Part shown: one piece after another, positions 39,660-49,327 of the stretch
Layout: each line of letters begins with the position of its first letter
Numbering within the stretch: the first letter of the stretch is position 1
Position numbers and translations under genes: made by a program
Assembly: GCA_046304755.1 (NCBI GenBank)
Contig: JBKCDO010000253.1
Span: forward strand, 15,359 to 79,358
DNA from: Flavobacteriales bacterium
GTDB taxonomy: Bacteria > Bacteroidota > Bacteroidia > Flavobacteriales_D > Sanyastnellaceae
DNA length: 64,000 nt
Direction of reading: 5' to 3'
The notes under the pieces: model-generated
The model's database searches: none
The model's input: only the letters and a program-made list of their open reading frames with translations
Told to the model about the DNA's origin: nothing

Positions 39660-40943
39660 TTAAGCGTTCTCTTTGGCAACCTTCACCAATTCGATGCGCG
39701 TTTCGCTCACTTTCAGCATGGTGAACGTAAGGGCCCCGTGTGAAATGGATTCAGCTTCTTCCGGAATGTCGCCTCTCAGAAACAGAATCAAGCCTCCAAG
39801 AGTGTCATAAGCCTCTTGATTTTCCGGCAGCTCCAGGTTGTATTTATTGTTGAGATAATCGATTTCGAGTCGGGCAGAAAAGTCATACGTGCCATTGCCG
39901 TGGTCAATTTCAGTGTTCTCCTCTTTGTCGTGTTCGTCTTCGATTTCACCAAAAATCTCCTCCACAATGTCTTCCATGGTGATCATACCCGCTGTTCCAC
40001 CAAATTCATCCACAACCACTGCGACATGTTTCTTTTGTTTGATGAACATTTCCAAAATCTCATACGCAGGCATGGGCTCGGGAATTATGGTGATTGGTCG
40101 CAAAATGTGCTGAATGTGCTGAGGCTTCTTGAATAATTCATAGGAATGCACGTATCCGATGATGTGGTCCACGTTTTCGCGATACACGAGAATTTTAGAG
40201 AGACGGGTTTCAATAAATTTCTTGGTCAATTCAGCCACGCTATCGGTGATTTCTACGGCAATGATTTCATTACGTGGAATGAGGCAGTCGCGGGCTTTTA
40301 GGTTGGAGAAATCCAGAGCATTCTGGAAAATCTGAATCTCGTGGTCAATAGCCTTGCTTTGATCAATGTTGCCTGTCGCTTCTTCCAGGTAATGGTCGAG
40401 GTCGATGCGGCCGAATTCGACTTCTTCGTCTTTGACTTCCTTGCGAACGAATATGCGGATGAAAAGGTCTGATATTCCGGTAATCACCCATGCGAATATG
40501 TAAAGGATACCATACCAGATGGCCATTGGAACGGCCATCATATTGAGCCAGCGATTGGGGTTGATACTGAAGATGGCCTTGGGAATGAACTCCGCGAAAA
40601 CCAGGACGATAACCGTAGAGATGAGGGTTTGCCCTATCACTACACCGAACTCACCAATGCTTTCGGCTATGAAGGGAAAATTGGAAGTAATGGCATGTTC
40701 AATGACATCACCCATGTAAAGACCATAGACCACGAGTGCAGCATTGTTTCCAATAAGCATCGTTGCAATAAATAGTTTGGGCTTGTTGACGAAATGTCCA
40801 ATGATGCCGGAAGCGAAGACGCCCTGCTTCTTGTCGAGTTCAATCTTGAGCTTATTGGCCGTGATGAAAGCGATTTCCATTCCACTGGAAAACGCTGAAG
40901 CCAGCAATGACAAGAAAATAATTAAGGGCCAATAGGAATCCAT
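39660..40943 (-). CDS. CNNM/CorC-family membrane protein (DUF21 + CBS pair + CorC_HlyC)
   Basis: 427-aa ORF. Four N-terminal TM helices (SGMEIAF start of DUF21), a CBS pair region, and a C-terminal transporter-associated domain. Confidence 0.85.
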   Translation of the reverse strand: MDSYWPLIIFLSLLASAFSSGMEIAFITANKLKIELDKKQGVFASGIIGHFVNKPKLFIATMLIGNNAALVVYGLYMGDVIEHAITSNFPFIAESIGEFGVVIGQTLISTVIVLVFAEFIPKAIFSINPNRWLNMMAVPMAIWYGILYIFAWVITGISDLFIRIFVRKEVKDEEVEFGRIDLDHYLEEATGNIDQSKAIDHEIQIFQNALDFSNLKARDCLIPRNEIIAVEITDSVAELTKKFIETRLSKILVYRENVDHIIGYVHSYELFKKPQHIQHILRPITIIPEPMPAYEILEMFIKQKKHVAVVVDEFGGTAGMITMEDIVEEIFGEIEDEHDKEENTEIDHGNGTYDFSARLEIDYLNNKYNLELPENQEAYDTLGGLILFLRGDIPEEAESISHGALTFTMLKVSETRIELVKVAKENA

Positions 40944-41039
40944 CTACTTGAAACAAACGAAACAGAAATGGTGTGGCTGTTGGGTTTGTAGGAAGCGAGA
41001 CAAATGTAGTGAAAGGAAAGCCCTAGTGTGTTAAATGCG

Positions 41040-41240
41040 TTAACGCTGTTGATTGCGCTCCATGCGTTTGCGCATCGAACGTCTGAAGAGCCACCAGAAA
41101 AAGGAGATGGCAGGGATATAGAATTTGTTGAATTCACTGCGAGATGCTTCTATGAACACCACCGAGTAGCAGGCAAACAAGAAGGAGGCAATGGTAAAGA
41201 GCAGCCAGAAATGTTCGAGAATTTTATTGGTTTTTTCCAT
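41040..41240 (-). CDS. candidate 66-aa two-helix membrane micro-protein
   Basis: ORF 41040..41336. The internal ATG at 41240 gives MEKTNKILEHFWLLFTIASFLFACYSVVFI..., followed by a second helix and a basic tail. It overlaps the lptC-like 3' end by 17 nt. No homology recognised, so coding status is uncertain. Confidence 0.35.
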   Translation of the reverse strand: MEKTNKILEHFWLLFTIASFLFACYSVVFIEASRSEFNKFYIPAISFFWWLFRRSMRKRMERNQQR

Positions 41241-41805
41241 TGGTCGTGTCTTGTTTTTCTTCCACCACGAAATCACCTGTAGGTTGAAGGATGCGATAAC
41301 GGGTGAAATTATCGTTGCTTTCAATGCCGAGTCCATGAAGGATGCTGCCGCCGGCCAGCGTAATCTTCACACGTTTTTCAGTATGGATGTGTGCACTATC
41401 CTGATCATAGATTAACTCGGAAGTTTCCAGTTGTTCACCGGCAACATTGGTCAGCACTACATTTCCCCAGGCCTTGAGCGTTTTCTTTTTTTCAAGGTAA
41501 ATGCCGCTATCAGCTTTGATACGGGCTTCTTCACGCTCCAGACTATCGAAGAATATCATGGAGAATCCGCCGCCTGCCAGGATGTAGTCGTCATCACCTT
41601 CTACTTCATATTGTTCCAGCACACCTGCTTCCAGGCGCGTCTGCTTGTTTCCTTTTTCAGAAAATGTGTAGGATGCACCGTAACTCGTTTGAACGGGTTT
41701 GGTGTTTTTGTCGGTGATGGCCCGGATATCGGCAATGTCGTTACGACACGCTGTAAGTAAAACGGCGATAACAGTTGTGAGTATGATGCCCTTGATTGCG
41801 GTCAT
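41224..41805 (-). CDS. lptC: LptC-like periplasmic LPS-export protein
   Basis: 193-aa ORF with a lipoprotein-like anchor (VLLTAC). OstA/LptC-like beta-jellyroll pattern (A.GNVVLTN..GEQLETSELIYDQD....HTEKRVKIT......GLG). It has the conserved Bacteroidota context next to the CorC-like and ppiD-like genes. Confidence 0.6.
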   Translation of the reverse strand: MTAIKGIILTTVIAVLLTACRNDIADIRAITDKNTKPVQTSYGASYTFSEKGNKQTRLEAGVLEQYEVEGDDDYILAGGGFSMIFFDSLEREEARIKADSGIYLEKKKTLKAWGNVVLTNVAGEQLETSELIYDQDSAHIHTEKRVKITLAGGSILHGLGIESNDNFTRYRILQPTGDFVVEEKQDTTNGKNQ

Positions 41806-41809
41806 TCGT

Positions 41810-43219
41810 TTAGTCGTACTTCACCTGACGGAACCAGCGGTCGAAGCTCGATGGTGATAGGGAGAATCCCACCATAAACGCTACGTAATCTTCGCTAATC
41901 AACCCTTGATCCAATGTTCCGCGCTGGCCGATTTCAACACCCAAGTTCAGTTTAGACTGAGAGCGAATGACCGGTATGCTTAACCCTGCTGTGATTCCCG
42001 TTTGTTCGATACGAATATCGTTGAGCACGAGTTCAGATTGATAAGCCCTATATCCCACGCGATACTGCAGACGATTGAAGAAGTTGTTGCTGACATCGGT
42101 GGTTGGTTTGAATTCAGCACCAACCGACCATCCTTGAGCCGATTGAAGCCCTTCATCGAGGTTAGCATCTTCGCTGATGGAAAGGCGATAGAGTGACCAA
42201 TCCTGCAGTTTGAATTCTGCACCAAGCATTAAGGCACCCCATTTCTTATTGTAAATCTTGTAGGCCAAACCGGCTTGAATGCGCTGCGGGATAATTAATC
42301 GCCCACCAACGGCATCCAGGAAATACGACGTGTCTCGAAGGGCGCTAGTTCCCGCTATGCGAAGTGAGGAAATCAGTTCTGTGTATTCAACGCCAAGGTT
42401 GGACTCCATCGCATAAACGGCGCCTAGCTGCAGTGCTGATCCTCCAATGATTCGGCGCTGTGGGTCGCGACGTGTAGTGAGATTTACTTTGTATTGAATT
42501 CCAGTTTCCAGACTGATACCCTTGGTCCAGAGGTTCACGTAGTTGATCGTCGAGTAGTGCTCCGATTGATCAAACGACACATAGTTCTCGCGTGTGATGT
42601 TGCCAAAGATGTAGTTGGCGTTTATTCCGACAGATAACTGATGCAGCTTCACTTGGTTGCTGTCGCTGCGTTGTTTGAGCGAATCGGAAGAAAAGAGCGA
42701 TCCGAATCGAAATACCCGTGAAGTACCAATTGTCGCCTTATTCAATCCACCGCGGCCGTTGTAGCGATAAGTCGCAGTGAGCGTGTCACTGAGGGTGTCT
42801 TTTGAAGTAAATCGATAGTCAACGGAGCTGTAGGGTGACAGACCAATTGCGATCCCCCATTTTCCCGTGGGCTTTCGAAAGCCCATGCTTAGCTCGTGTA
42901 TCTGTCCGTTGCCGTATTTGGAAGTTGCAGTGCCGTCGTTCGTTGTGGTGTGAGCGCCTTTTACTGTAGTCTGCAAGTTGGTGGCGTCCAGAAATGCATA
43001 GGACGCGGGATTAGCAAGGTTGAGGCAAATGGGATCCGATTGCGCTGCAGTCATACCACCCATACCAAAGTGATTGGCATTGCCCGGGTTGTCGATAATA
43101 CCCAAACCAAAGCGGGAGTAAACAGAATTCGGGTTCGACTGTGCGAAAGCAGCAAGCTGCATCAGCAGAAGCGAGGCGAGAAAAAAAGTGCTACGCACTG
43201 TGGTGTCGAAGAATTTCAT
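41810..43219 (-). CDS. outer-membrane beta-barrel protein of unknown function (FadL/PorV-like N-terminal motif)
   Basis: 469-aa ORF. Signal peptide ...QLAAFA|Q. N-terminal YSRFGLG...GMGG...NPAS motif and beta-rich sequence throughout. Its start overlaps the coaX 3' end by 29 nt. Confidence 0.6.
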   Translation of the reverse strand: MKFFDTTVRSTFFLASLLLMQLAAFAQSNPNSVYSRFGLGIIDNPGNANHFGMGGMTAAQSDPICLNLANPASYAFLDATNLQTTVKGAHTTTNDGTATSKYGNGQIHELSMGFRKPTGKWGIAIGLSPYSSVDYRFTSKDTLSDTLTATYRYNGRGGLNKATIGTSRVFRFGSLFSSDSLKQRSDSNQVKLHQLSVGINANYIFGNITRENYVSFDQSEHYSTINYVNLWTKGISLETGIQYKVNLTTRRDPQRRIIGGSALQLGAVYAMESNLGVEYTELISSLRIAGTSALRDTSYFLDAVGGRLIIPQRIQAGLAYKIYNKKWGALMLGAEFKLQDWSLYRLSISEDANLDEGLQSAQGWSVGAEFKPTTDVSNNFFNRLQYRVGYRAYQSELVLNDIRIEQTGITAGLSIPVIRSQSKLNLGVEIGQRGTLDQGLISEDYVAFMVGFSLSPSSFDRWFRQVKYD

Positions 43220-43919
43220 GAAGCCCCTCGTGGGTTAAGTAAGGAGCCGCAAAAATGCTACTTTTCAAGTGCTTCTCAAAAAATGATGCATCACCGCCGG
43301 TGATTATTACGATTAATTGTGGAAACTGCTCGCGGTAGCGGGCAATCATTCTCTCTGTTTCGGACAGCACACCCAGCAGCACGCCGCTTTCGATGGAGCC
43401 CTGTGTATTCAGTCCTACTAATTGCGGGATGTTTAGTTCTTCATGATGAACATGTGGCAACGCTCCCGTATAGTCATGCAGCGCGCGAAAGCGCATGCGT
43501 ATGCCCGGAGCGATGCCGCCACCGAGTAGTGCACCTTCTGCCATGGTTGTATAGGTGATACAGCTTCCACAATCGATAACCAAAAGATTTCCTTTTCCAA
43601 AACGCTTGATTGCACCCGCTGCATTGGCGATGCGGTCGGGTCCAAGCGTCGAGGGCGTTTCGTAGCGTATTTCTATGGGTAATGACATCGAAGCATGTAA
43701 TTGAACAGCGGGGATGTTTACCATCGAGAGCAGCTGAGCTGATTCCTCCGAAGAACGAACGTCCGATACAATCGCATGCGTTGGGTTGTGTTGTCTGATA
43801 TAGGATGGCAGTGCAATGGTTAGCTCGTCGTCTTCAATCACGGTGAAATGCAGAAGATCGCTTCCGTTGAACAACGAAAGTTTCGTTTGCGTGTTGCCTC
43901 TATCAATGGCCAATTGCAT
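43191..43919 (-). CDS. coaX: type III pantothenate kinase
   Basis: 242-aa ORF. N-terminal LAIDRGNTQTK (DxGNT phosphate-1 motif) and later IDCGSCITY and ITGGDA strings. Confidence 0.85.
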   Translation of the reverse strand: MQLAIDRGNTQTKLSLFNGSDLLHFTVIEDDELTIALPSYIRQHNPTHAIVSDVRSSEESAQLLSMVNIPAVQLHASMSLPIEIRYETPSTLGPDRIANAAGAIKRFGKGNLLVIDCGSCITYTTMAEGALLGGGIAPGIRMRFRALHDYTGALPHVHHEELNIPQLVGLNTQGSIESGVLLGVLSETERMIARYREQFPQLIVIITGGDASFFEKHLKSSIFAAPYLTHEGLHEILRHHSA

Positions 43920-43927
43920 GGTGCAAA

Positions 43928-44716
43928 TTAGTGCTTCTCGTGAACACGGCGCTGCTGAATAATATCCCTGATGATTCGGGGAAAATTCAGTGTGATGAAA
44001 AAAAGCATACCCATGTATTTACCTGCTAAGCGGCGAGGTTCACGAATGGCACGGTAGAGCCAACGTAGCCCCAGTCGCTTCATCCATTCAGGACTTTTAC
44101 TCTCAGGATAGGCCAGGTAGTTGAATACGCCTCCGATGCCCATCAATGTTCCTGAAGAGAGAAACGGAGTCGCACGTTGCATCAATAGATCTTGCTTCGG
44201 GCTGCTGATGCCAATCCAAATGAAATCCGGTTTGAGCGCAGCAATTTGTTTGAAGTCTTCTTCAATGCTCGCATGGGATGCTATCTCATCAACCGAGAGC
44301 ATGGGAGGTGATTTCATTCCCGCTATGTTGGCGTTTGGAAATTCGGCTTTTAGCCGCAGAACCAGTGTATCCAGCAGCGCCTGTGATCCGCCGTAGAAGT
44401 AGTGTGTTGATGTGGTCGCTAGGAGTGCCTTACATACGTGATAACCGGAAACGGTGCGAACATTTTTCAATCCGATACAGTTGGCAAACCATTGTGAGGG
44501 TTTGCCATCAGGCAGCGTCATTCGTGAGTTGGAGAGGATGCCAAGCAGTCTGCTGTCGCGATTGGCGGCGCGAATCACGAAGCTGTCAGGGAAGCAGATA
44601 TAGGAGCTTGGTGTTTGAGGCCTTGAGGTTAATTCAGAAAGTACGTCTTCTGTGTTCGTTGCATTGATGGGAACACCTAAGAACAGAAAACGCTTTGATG
44701 AAAATCCAGAATTCAC
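43928..44716 (-). CDS. WecB/TagA/CpsF-family glycosyltransferase
   Basis: 262-aa ORF. FLGVPINA..., LPDGKPSQW, FYGGSQ, FIWIGISSPKQD, G.GGVFNYLAY, P.WM.RLGLRWLYR strings typical of the GT26 family. Confidence 0.85.
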   Translation of the reverse strand: MNSGFSSKRFLFLGVPINATNTEDVLSELTSRPQTPSSYICFPDSFVIRAANRDSRLLGILSNSRMTLPDGKPSQWFANCIGLKNVRTVSGYHVCKALLATTSTHYFYGGSQALLDTLVLRLKAEFPNANIAGMKSPPMLSVDEIASHASIEEDFKQIAALKPDFIWIGISSPKQDLLMQRATPFLSSGTLMGIGGVFNYLAYPESKSPEWMKRLGLRWLYRAIREPRRLAGKYMGMLFFITLNFPRIIRDIIQQRRVHEKH

Positions 44717-45828
44717 GGGAGCAAGTTACGTTCGCGACAGGCCTTGACAAAATGTGTTATTCTGGCTTGCCAGGTTTGTTCTTGCGACCATAACCAACGT
44801 TTCATGCGAAGCTCATCGGTATCCGATTTGATTGCCTCGTTAACGCGGAGGGCAAAATCATTGGGATGATCACAAAAGGAGATTAATGTTTCGTCTACGG
44901 GCATTCCCGACATACTTGGTAAACGAGTAACCACCACCGGTAATCCGCAGGCAAGGTATTGCCAGAGTTTACTTGGAGTAACCCCGCTATTAACGGATTC
45001 TGTGCGGTAAGGAGCAATACCTGCATCACAATTGCGAAGCTGCGTGTAGAGTGCTTCGCCGGTTAATGGTCCCGTAAAATGCACGTTTGTAAATCCTTCA
45101 AACTCCTTTCTGAAATCGGCCTTCACGGGTCCGATACACATTAACTCTAAGTCGACATTAGCAGCAATAGCTTTCACAATCTCCTGAGGAACGCGCTGTA
45201 AATTGAACGCCGCGAGAAACGCAACACGTTTTTTTTGCCGTTGCCGAATGAGTTCCGGCGCTTGTTGCATCAAGGGACCGGCTAAATGAAGATGCATTAA
45301 TGACCGTGCATATGGTCGAAACTTTTCGAAAAGATCATCGGCTGTCACCATGGTCAATGCGCAATGCTCTAGCAGCGCTTTTTCTTGAGCCCACTGACCG
45401 CTCAGAAAAAAATTCCATTTTTTAGCACCACGGCGGGTATGGTCATCGGTGGCATAATAGACCGATTTCGCGTAGTGCGAATTGCAAGCGATTGACGTAT
45501 GATCAAAGGTTATCCAGATGCTGTTTTGAGTATCGCACGTTGATTCGATTGCCTTACGAATGCGCTTATAATAGATATTGCTCAATATCGGAATACGGTA
45601 GCGCATCTTATAGTGAATCGGCCAGCGATTTTCCAGAACGGTGATGTTTTCTGTCACGCGCTTGAGTTGCGTTGAAAACAACATGCTGCGTGTATTGGCT
45701 TCTACAAAGAGACAGCGATAGCGTTCGCTAAGCGCTTGTGTGAATTGATGACGTGAACGCGGTATTTCATTCCACGGGGTGCGCGTGAGAATGATGAAAT
45801 CGAAGTTGTTGTCCAAGTTTTCGCTCAT
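44713..45828 (-). CDS. glycosyltransferase (GT-B fold, GT1/GT4-like C-terminal half)
   Basis: 371-aa ORF with a 4-nt overlap with both neighbours. C-terminal nucleotide-sugar-binding half (IGPV...FTGPL..., GIAPY...SKLWQYLACGLPVVV). Confidence 0.7.
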   Translation of the reverse strand: MSENLDNNFDFIILTRTPWNEIPRSRHQFTQALSERYRCLFVEANTRSMLFSTQLKRVTENITVLENRWPIHYKMRYRIPILSNIYYKRIRKAIESTCDTQNSIWITFDHTSIACNSHYAKSVYYATDDHTRRGAKKWNFFLSGQWAQEKALLEHCALTMVTADDLFEKFRPYARSLMHLHLAGPLMQQAPELIRQRQKKRVAFLAAFNLQRVPQEIVKAIAANVDLELMCIGPVKADFRKEFEGFTNVHFTGPLTGEALYTQLRNCDAGIAPYRTESVNSGVTPSKLWQYLACGLPVVVTRLPSMSGMPVDETLISFCDHPNDFALRVNEAIKSDTDELRMKRWLWSQEQTWQARITHFVKACRERNLLP

Positions 45829-46706
45829 CCTTTAAAGTTCGCGCGCAGAATGAGTAAGATATGAGCTATCAGCAACAAGGGGGCAATGAGCATAGGTTGA
45901 TGTTCCGCAATCAAACGAATGCGATCAGGCAGGTACACCCGTGACTGTGGCCTAAACAAATCGCGCAGCAGTTGTTTGAATGAAGCCTTCCTGAGCGATG
46001 ATCCGGAAGCAGTCATGAGGTGATGTGCATACAAGACGAGGTCGGTATGCACAACAGGGTGCACGTTTTTTTGCTTTGCACGCAGGCAAAAATCTTCATC
46101 GGAGTGATACTGCACAAGATGGCGATTAAAACCTTTAACCGTATTGAATAATTCGCCGGAGAAGGTCATTCCGCGTCCCGGCAATACATCGCTTTCAATG
46201 CTGATAGATGTTGGAGTGTAGCCGGTCATCGCTGCGGTATGACGAATTCTTTTAAGACCGAAGTATTTAAGTTTCACACCACTGAATAGCACGCGGTGTG
46301 GCTTTTCAAAGGTCAGGGATATGGGAGCGAAAATGAAATTCTTTTCTGCGCTAAGAATATGGTCAAGTGTCTTTTGAAGAAAATCAGGTGCGATTCTGCT
46401 GTCGTCGTTGATGATTTGAATAGCGTTACAACCGTGTTCAATGGCATAGCGTGTTCCTTCATCCGCGCAGCGTGTAAACCACCAGCGGCCATCACCGTTG
46501 ACGAAATGCAATGGATAGTGGAGTTGAGCATTTAAGTTAGCTGTGTCATCGGTGCTGCCATCATTGACGATAACAATTAATGGTTTGTTTGATAATCGTT
46601 CTGCTTGCGAAGTAATTTCGAGAAGGAGTTCGCGCAGTAATGCGCATCGATTAAATGTAGGGATGACAATGCCGAGCTGAGTGCTATGTGCTGTTGTGTC
46701 GTTCAC
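45825..46706 (-). CDS. family 2 glycosyltransferase
   Basis: ORF 45825..46877, but the in-frame GTG at 46706 forms a GTGA overlap with the upstream stop (46703..46705). It precedes the GT2 core LGIVIPTFNR...IVNDGSTDDT...INDDS. Confidence 0.8.
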   Translation of the reverse strand: MNDTTAHSTQLGIVIPTFNRCALLRELLLEITSQAERLSNKPLIVIVNDGSTDDTANLNAQLHYPLHFVNGDGRWWFTRCADEGTRYAIEHGCNAIQIINDDSRIAPDFLQKTLDHILSAEKNFIFAPISLTFEKPHRVLFSGVKLKYFGLKRIRHTAAMTGYTPTSISIESDVLPGRGMTFSGELFNTVKGFNRHLVQYHSDEDFCLRAKQKNVHPVVHTDLVLYAHHLMTASGSSLRKASFKQLLRDLFRPQSRVYLPDRIRLIAEHQPMLIAPLLLIAHILLILRANFKG

Positions 46707-47935
46707 GAATTGGTCAGGAAATGAAGTTGAAAATACAGCAACAACGGCGTGAGCAGAATAGGGTTTGAAAACGCAATGGTCAGTACAATCAGTGTAATGA
46801 AGACCGGAAAGCGGGCTTGACTGTTGTATTGTCGAAAAATGGATTTCCCGGACGCATAAGTGGATATCAGCAACCATGCGAATCCCACCAAACCAAAATG
46901 TCCAATAAAGGAGGTAAGCCCATTCGTGAAGTTATAGTTCTCAAACTGACTCCTGAATTCGGTATCGCTGTAGCCTCTCCCGAATAGCGGACGATCTTGT
47001 ACGCTTCGCAAATCCACAATCATACTTCCGAAACGTCCGAGGCTGCTATAGTTAGGGTTGTCGAAATCAATATCACCAATGAGAATTTGTTGAGCGGAAA
47101 TTTGATTGTCAATCTTTTCTCGAAATATTGGAATAGCATAGAATATATAAAAGAACAATAGACCGAGTGTGATAATCAGGAATAGTCGGATAGCTAATTT
47201 CGCCGGTGTGATTTTTCCTGCAATGCGGTTAGCCATTGTGAATACAAGAATCAGAAACAACACCACATAACCGGTGGTTGAAAAGGTGGTTAGTAGAGTG
47301 AGTAAGATGATCCGAGTATGGCGATCGAAGCGGAAATTGTTTTGAATGAGGTGAAGAACTAAGGCAAGATTGAGGAACGATGCGAATCCGCCCGGTTCCC
47401 AGAAAGCCCCGGAATTGCGAAAGTTCTCGGTGGTCTCAATGGTATGAATTAAGATGTTAATTGCTTGTGTGTCCTGGTAAATTCGCCCTATTCTAATCCA
47501 AGGAAGCCATTGTTGAACGCTCGTTCCAAAGGACGTGAGTGACGACACGTGTATGATTTGCCATAGGTAGAATGGCCAAGACAAAACGCATAACGCTATG
47601 GTTATTTTTTGAAGTGTAGTGAGAAAATGCGAGCCCGTCAGTTGAATCATGAAAATCACACTGATACAGAGCGCCAGAAGCTTCGCGTAGATCTTGAGGT
47701 CGAATGTAGTTACCGTGAAAAAGTAATTCTCAACAAAGAGTAAGAGCATTCCCAAGATGAAGAAAATGGTGCGTGGGGTAACTGCGATTTTTTGCTTCAG
47801 TAATAGCAGGGTGGAGCCAAAAATGAATAGGCCGGCTGTAATATCCGAGAGTGCCAGCAGGTTGGCGCGAGTTGCCATTAGGCTTAATAGCGCCACCAAC
47901 AAAAGGCTCCATCCGAAACTGCGGTATGCGCGCAT
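46703..47935 (-). CDS. O-antigen polymerase/ligase-family (Wzy-like) membrane protein
   Basis: ORF 46703..48049. About 10 predicted TM helices and one large loop (NSGAFWEPGGFASFLNL). I chose the ATG at 47935 (MRAYRSFGWSLLLVALL...) because it does not overlap wzx. The ATG at 48022 is the alternative. Confidence 0.65.
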   Translation of the reverse strand: MRAYRSFGWSLLLVALLSLMATRANLLALSDITAGLFIFGSTLLLLKQKIAVTPRTIFFILGMLLLFVENYFFTVTTFDLKIYAKLLALCISVIFMIQLTGSHFLTTLQKITIALCVLSWPFYLWQIIHVSSLTSFGTSVQQWLPWIRIGRIYQDTQAINILIHTIETTENFRNSGAFWEPGGFASFLNLALVLHLIQNNFRFDRHTRIILLTLLTTFSTTGYVVLFLILVFTMANRIAGKITPAKLAIRLFLIITLGLLFFYIFYAIPIFREKIDNQISAQQILIGDIDFDNPNYSSLGRFGSMIVDLRSVQDRPLFGRGYSDTEFRSQFENYNFTNGLTSFIGHFGLVGFAWLLISTYASGKSIFRQYNSQARFPVFITLIVLTIAFSNPILLTPLLLYFQLHFLTNS

Positions 47936-47973
47936 GTCGCGTGAAGCATTCGATAGATTGTGTAGTGATGTGG

Positions 47974-49284
47974 TCAGCGATTCCAAATGCCCTGCGCGGT
48001 TCCCGACATAATTTTTTTGCATTGCGCTCCCAAAAGGAGCGTGATGCACAGCAGGAATCCGGCGTTCACAAATATAATCGTGCTGGGATGATGAAACAGT
48101 CTATCAATGATGATAACCGTTGGTATGAACAGCGCTGTGCCTGTGAGAAAAGCATAGAACTGAAGTGTGATTTTGGAACAACTGTTAATCATTGATGTAT
48201 GAATCGAAGCGAGAATGTGCACCATGGAGTAAGCCGCGTTGGCAACGTGAATAATCATCGGAATATGAATCAACCGTCCGATCCACTGCTCGAAAAACCA
48301 AGGCGCGAGCAATAAAAAGACTGTGATTCCAAATGCGGCAATTATCCACAGTGAGATCAATCGGCGATGGATCTTTTTAATCCATACCAAATCATTCTTC
48401 GCAAATGCTTTCGTGTAACTGCTCCATACCGGCGCAAGCATGAGCGTAAATGCCAGCACAGCAGTGTTGAATATCCGAAATGAGGCATTGTAGTCAATGA
48501 CATCCTCGTTGGTGTGCAGTTGAGTTAAGATGAGGCTATTGCCCTGAATAAATATTAACGTGCAGAATTGAATGAAGAAGAATTTATAACCGGTGGAATT
48601 CAGTTTCTGAAAAAGTTCTTTTCGGAACAGGGAAATCTTCGGCCTGAGAAAACGATAGCGGCCAAAAAATAAAATTCCGGAAGCCAATACGTACGCAATA
48701 ATGGGTGAGCCCAATGAAATGAATGTGAATTGGTCAAGCGTTATGCCGCTCGATTCCTGACGAATCATCAGCAGCCAAAGAAAGGACAACAGGTTGGCAG
48801 CAAATACAGTGAGGTTACCCAGAAACGAAAGTTGAATGCCATGAAAAACGAAGGAGATGTTTTTAAGCAGCACCTGCAATGAAAATAGACCAATGGCCAG
48901 GAACATCGTCTTTTGCAATAGTGGCATGTAAAGTTCATCAACATTGAATAGACGGTTCCAGGGAATGATTGGCACAGCCGTCAGCAGTAGTATTGCTGCG
49001 GATGCCGTGAAAAGCGTTATGCCTACATAGCTTGTGGAAACTAACGCACGCGCTTCATCTTTTCGGCCTTTATGCAGTGCTTCCAATAAGAGATTGCGCA
49101 GACTGTTACCCATGCCAAGATCCAAAAAGGTAAACCATGTGAGTAAGCTGTACAAAACAACCCAGACGCTAAACATGGCTTCACTTAGTAACTCCATCCC
49201 CAGCGGGATAAGTGCCAGATTCAGCAGCAGACTTAGAATTTTAATCAGCAGGGAACCGGCAATGTTGATGGTGAGGTTCCTCAT
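47974..49284 (-). CDS. Wzx-type polysaccharide flippase (MOP/MATE-like)
   Basis: ORF 47974..49383. ATG at 49284 gives MRNLTINIAGSLLIKILSLLLNLALIP, the typical Wzx N-terminus. About 12 TM helices. Confidence 0.75.
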   Translation of the reverse strand: MRNLTINIAGSLLIKILSLLLNLALIPLGMELLSEAMFSVWVVLYSLLTWFTFLDLGMGNSLRNLLLEALHKGRKDEARALVSTSYVGITLFTASAAILLLTAVPIIPWNRLFNVDELYMPLLQKTMFLAIGLFSLQVLLKNISFVFHGIQLSFLGNLTVFAANLLSFLWLLMIRQESSGITLDQFTFISLGSPIIAYVLASGILFFGRYRFLRPKISLFRKELFQKLNSTGYKFFFIQFCTLIFIQGNSLILTQLHTNEDVIDYNASFRIFNTAVLAFTLMLAPVWSSYTKAFAKNDLVWIKKIHRRLISLWIIAAFGITVFLLLAPWFFEQWIGRLIHIPMIIHVANAAYSMVHILASIHTSMINSCSKITLQFYAFLTGTALFIPTVIIIDRLFHHPSTIIFVNAGFLLCITLLLGAQCKKIMSGTAQGIWNR

Positions 49285-49327
49285 ATGAAATGCCGCACGT
49301 CTTGTTCGTATTCCCGAAGATTCTTCA

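Noticed and set aside
39660-40943. Calling the CNNM/CorC-type protein GldE (gliding motility).
   Set aside because: GldE belongs to this family, but here the gene sits in the lptC/ppiD context and has no gldD-like lipoprotein gene downstream. The family call is safe; the gliding-specific name is not.
45229-45236. A8 tract on the coding strand of the GT-B glycosyltransferase (and an A7 tract in the GT2 gene near 46066) as possible slipped-strand phase-variation switches.
   Set aside because: Runs of 7-9 A/T occur in several unrelated places in this window (e.g. 9511..9519, 21878..21886, 53107..53114). These are short for efficient slippage, and no evidence of length variation is available.
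46707-46877. 57-codon N-terminal extension of the GT2 ORF (start listed at 46877), overlapping the wzy-like gene by 175 nt.
   Set aside because: The extension has no GT2 features. An in-frame GTG at 46706 forms the same 4-nt GTGA stop/start overlap used elsewhere in this operon.
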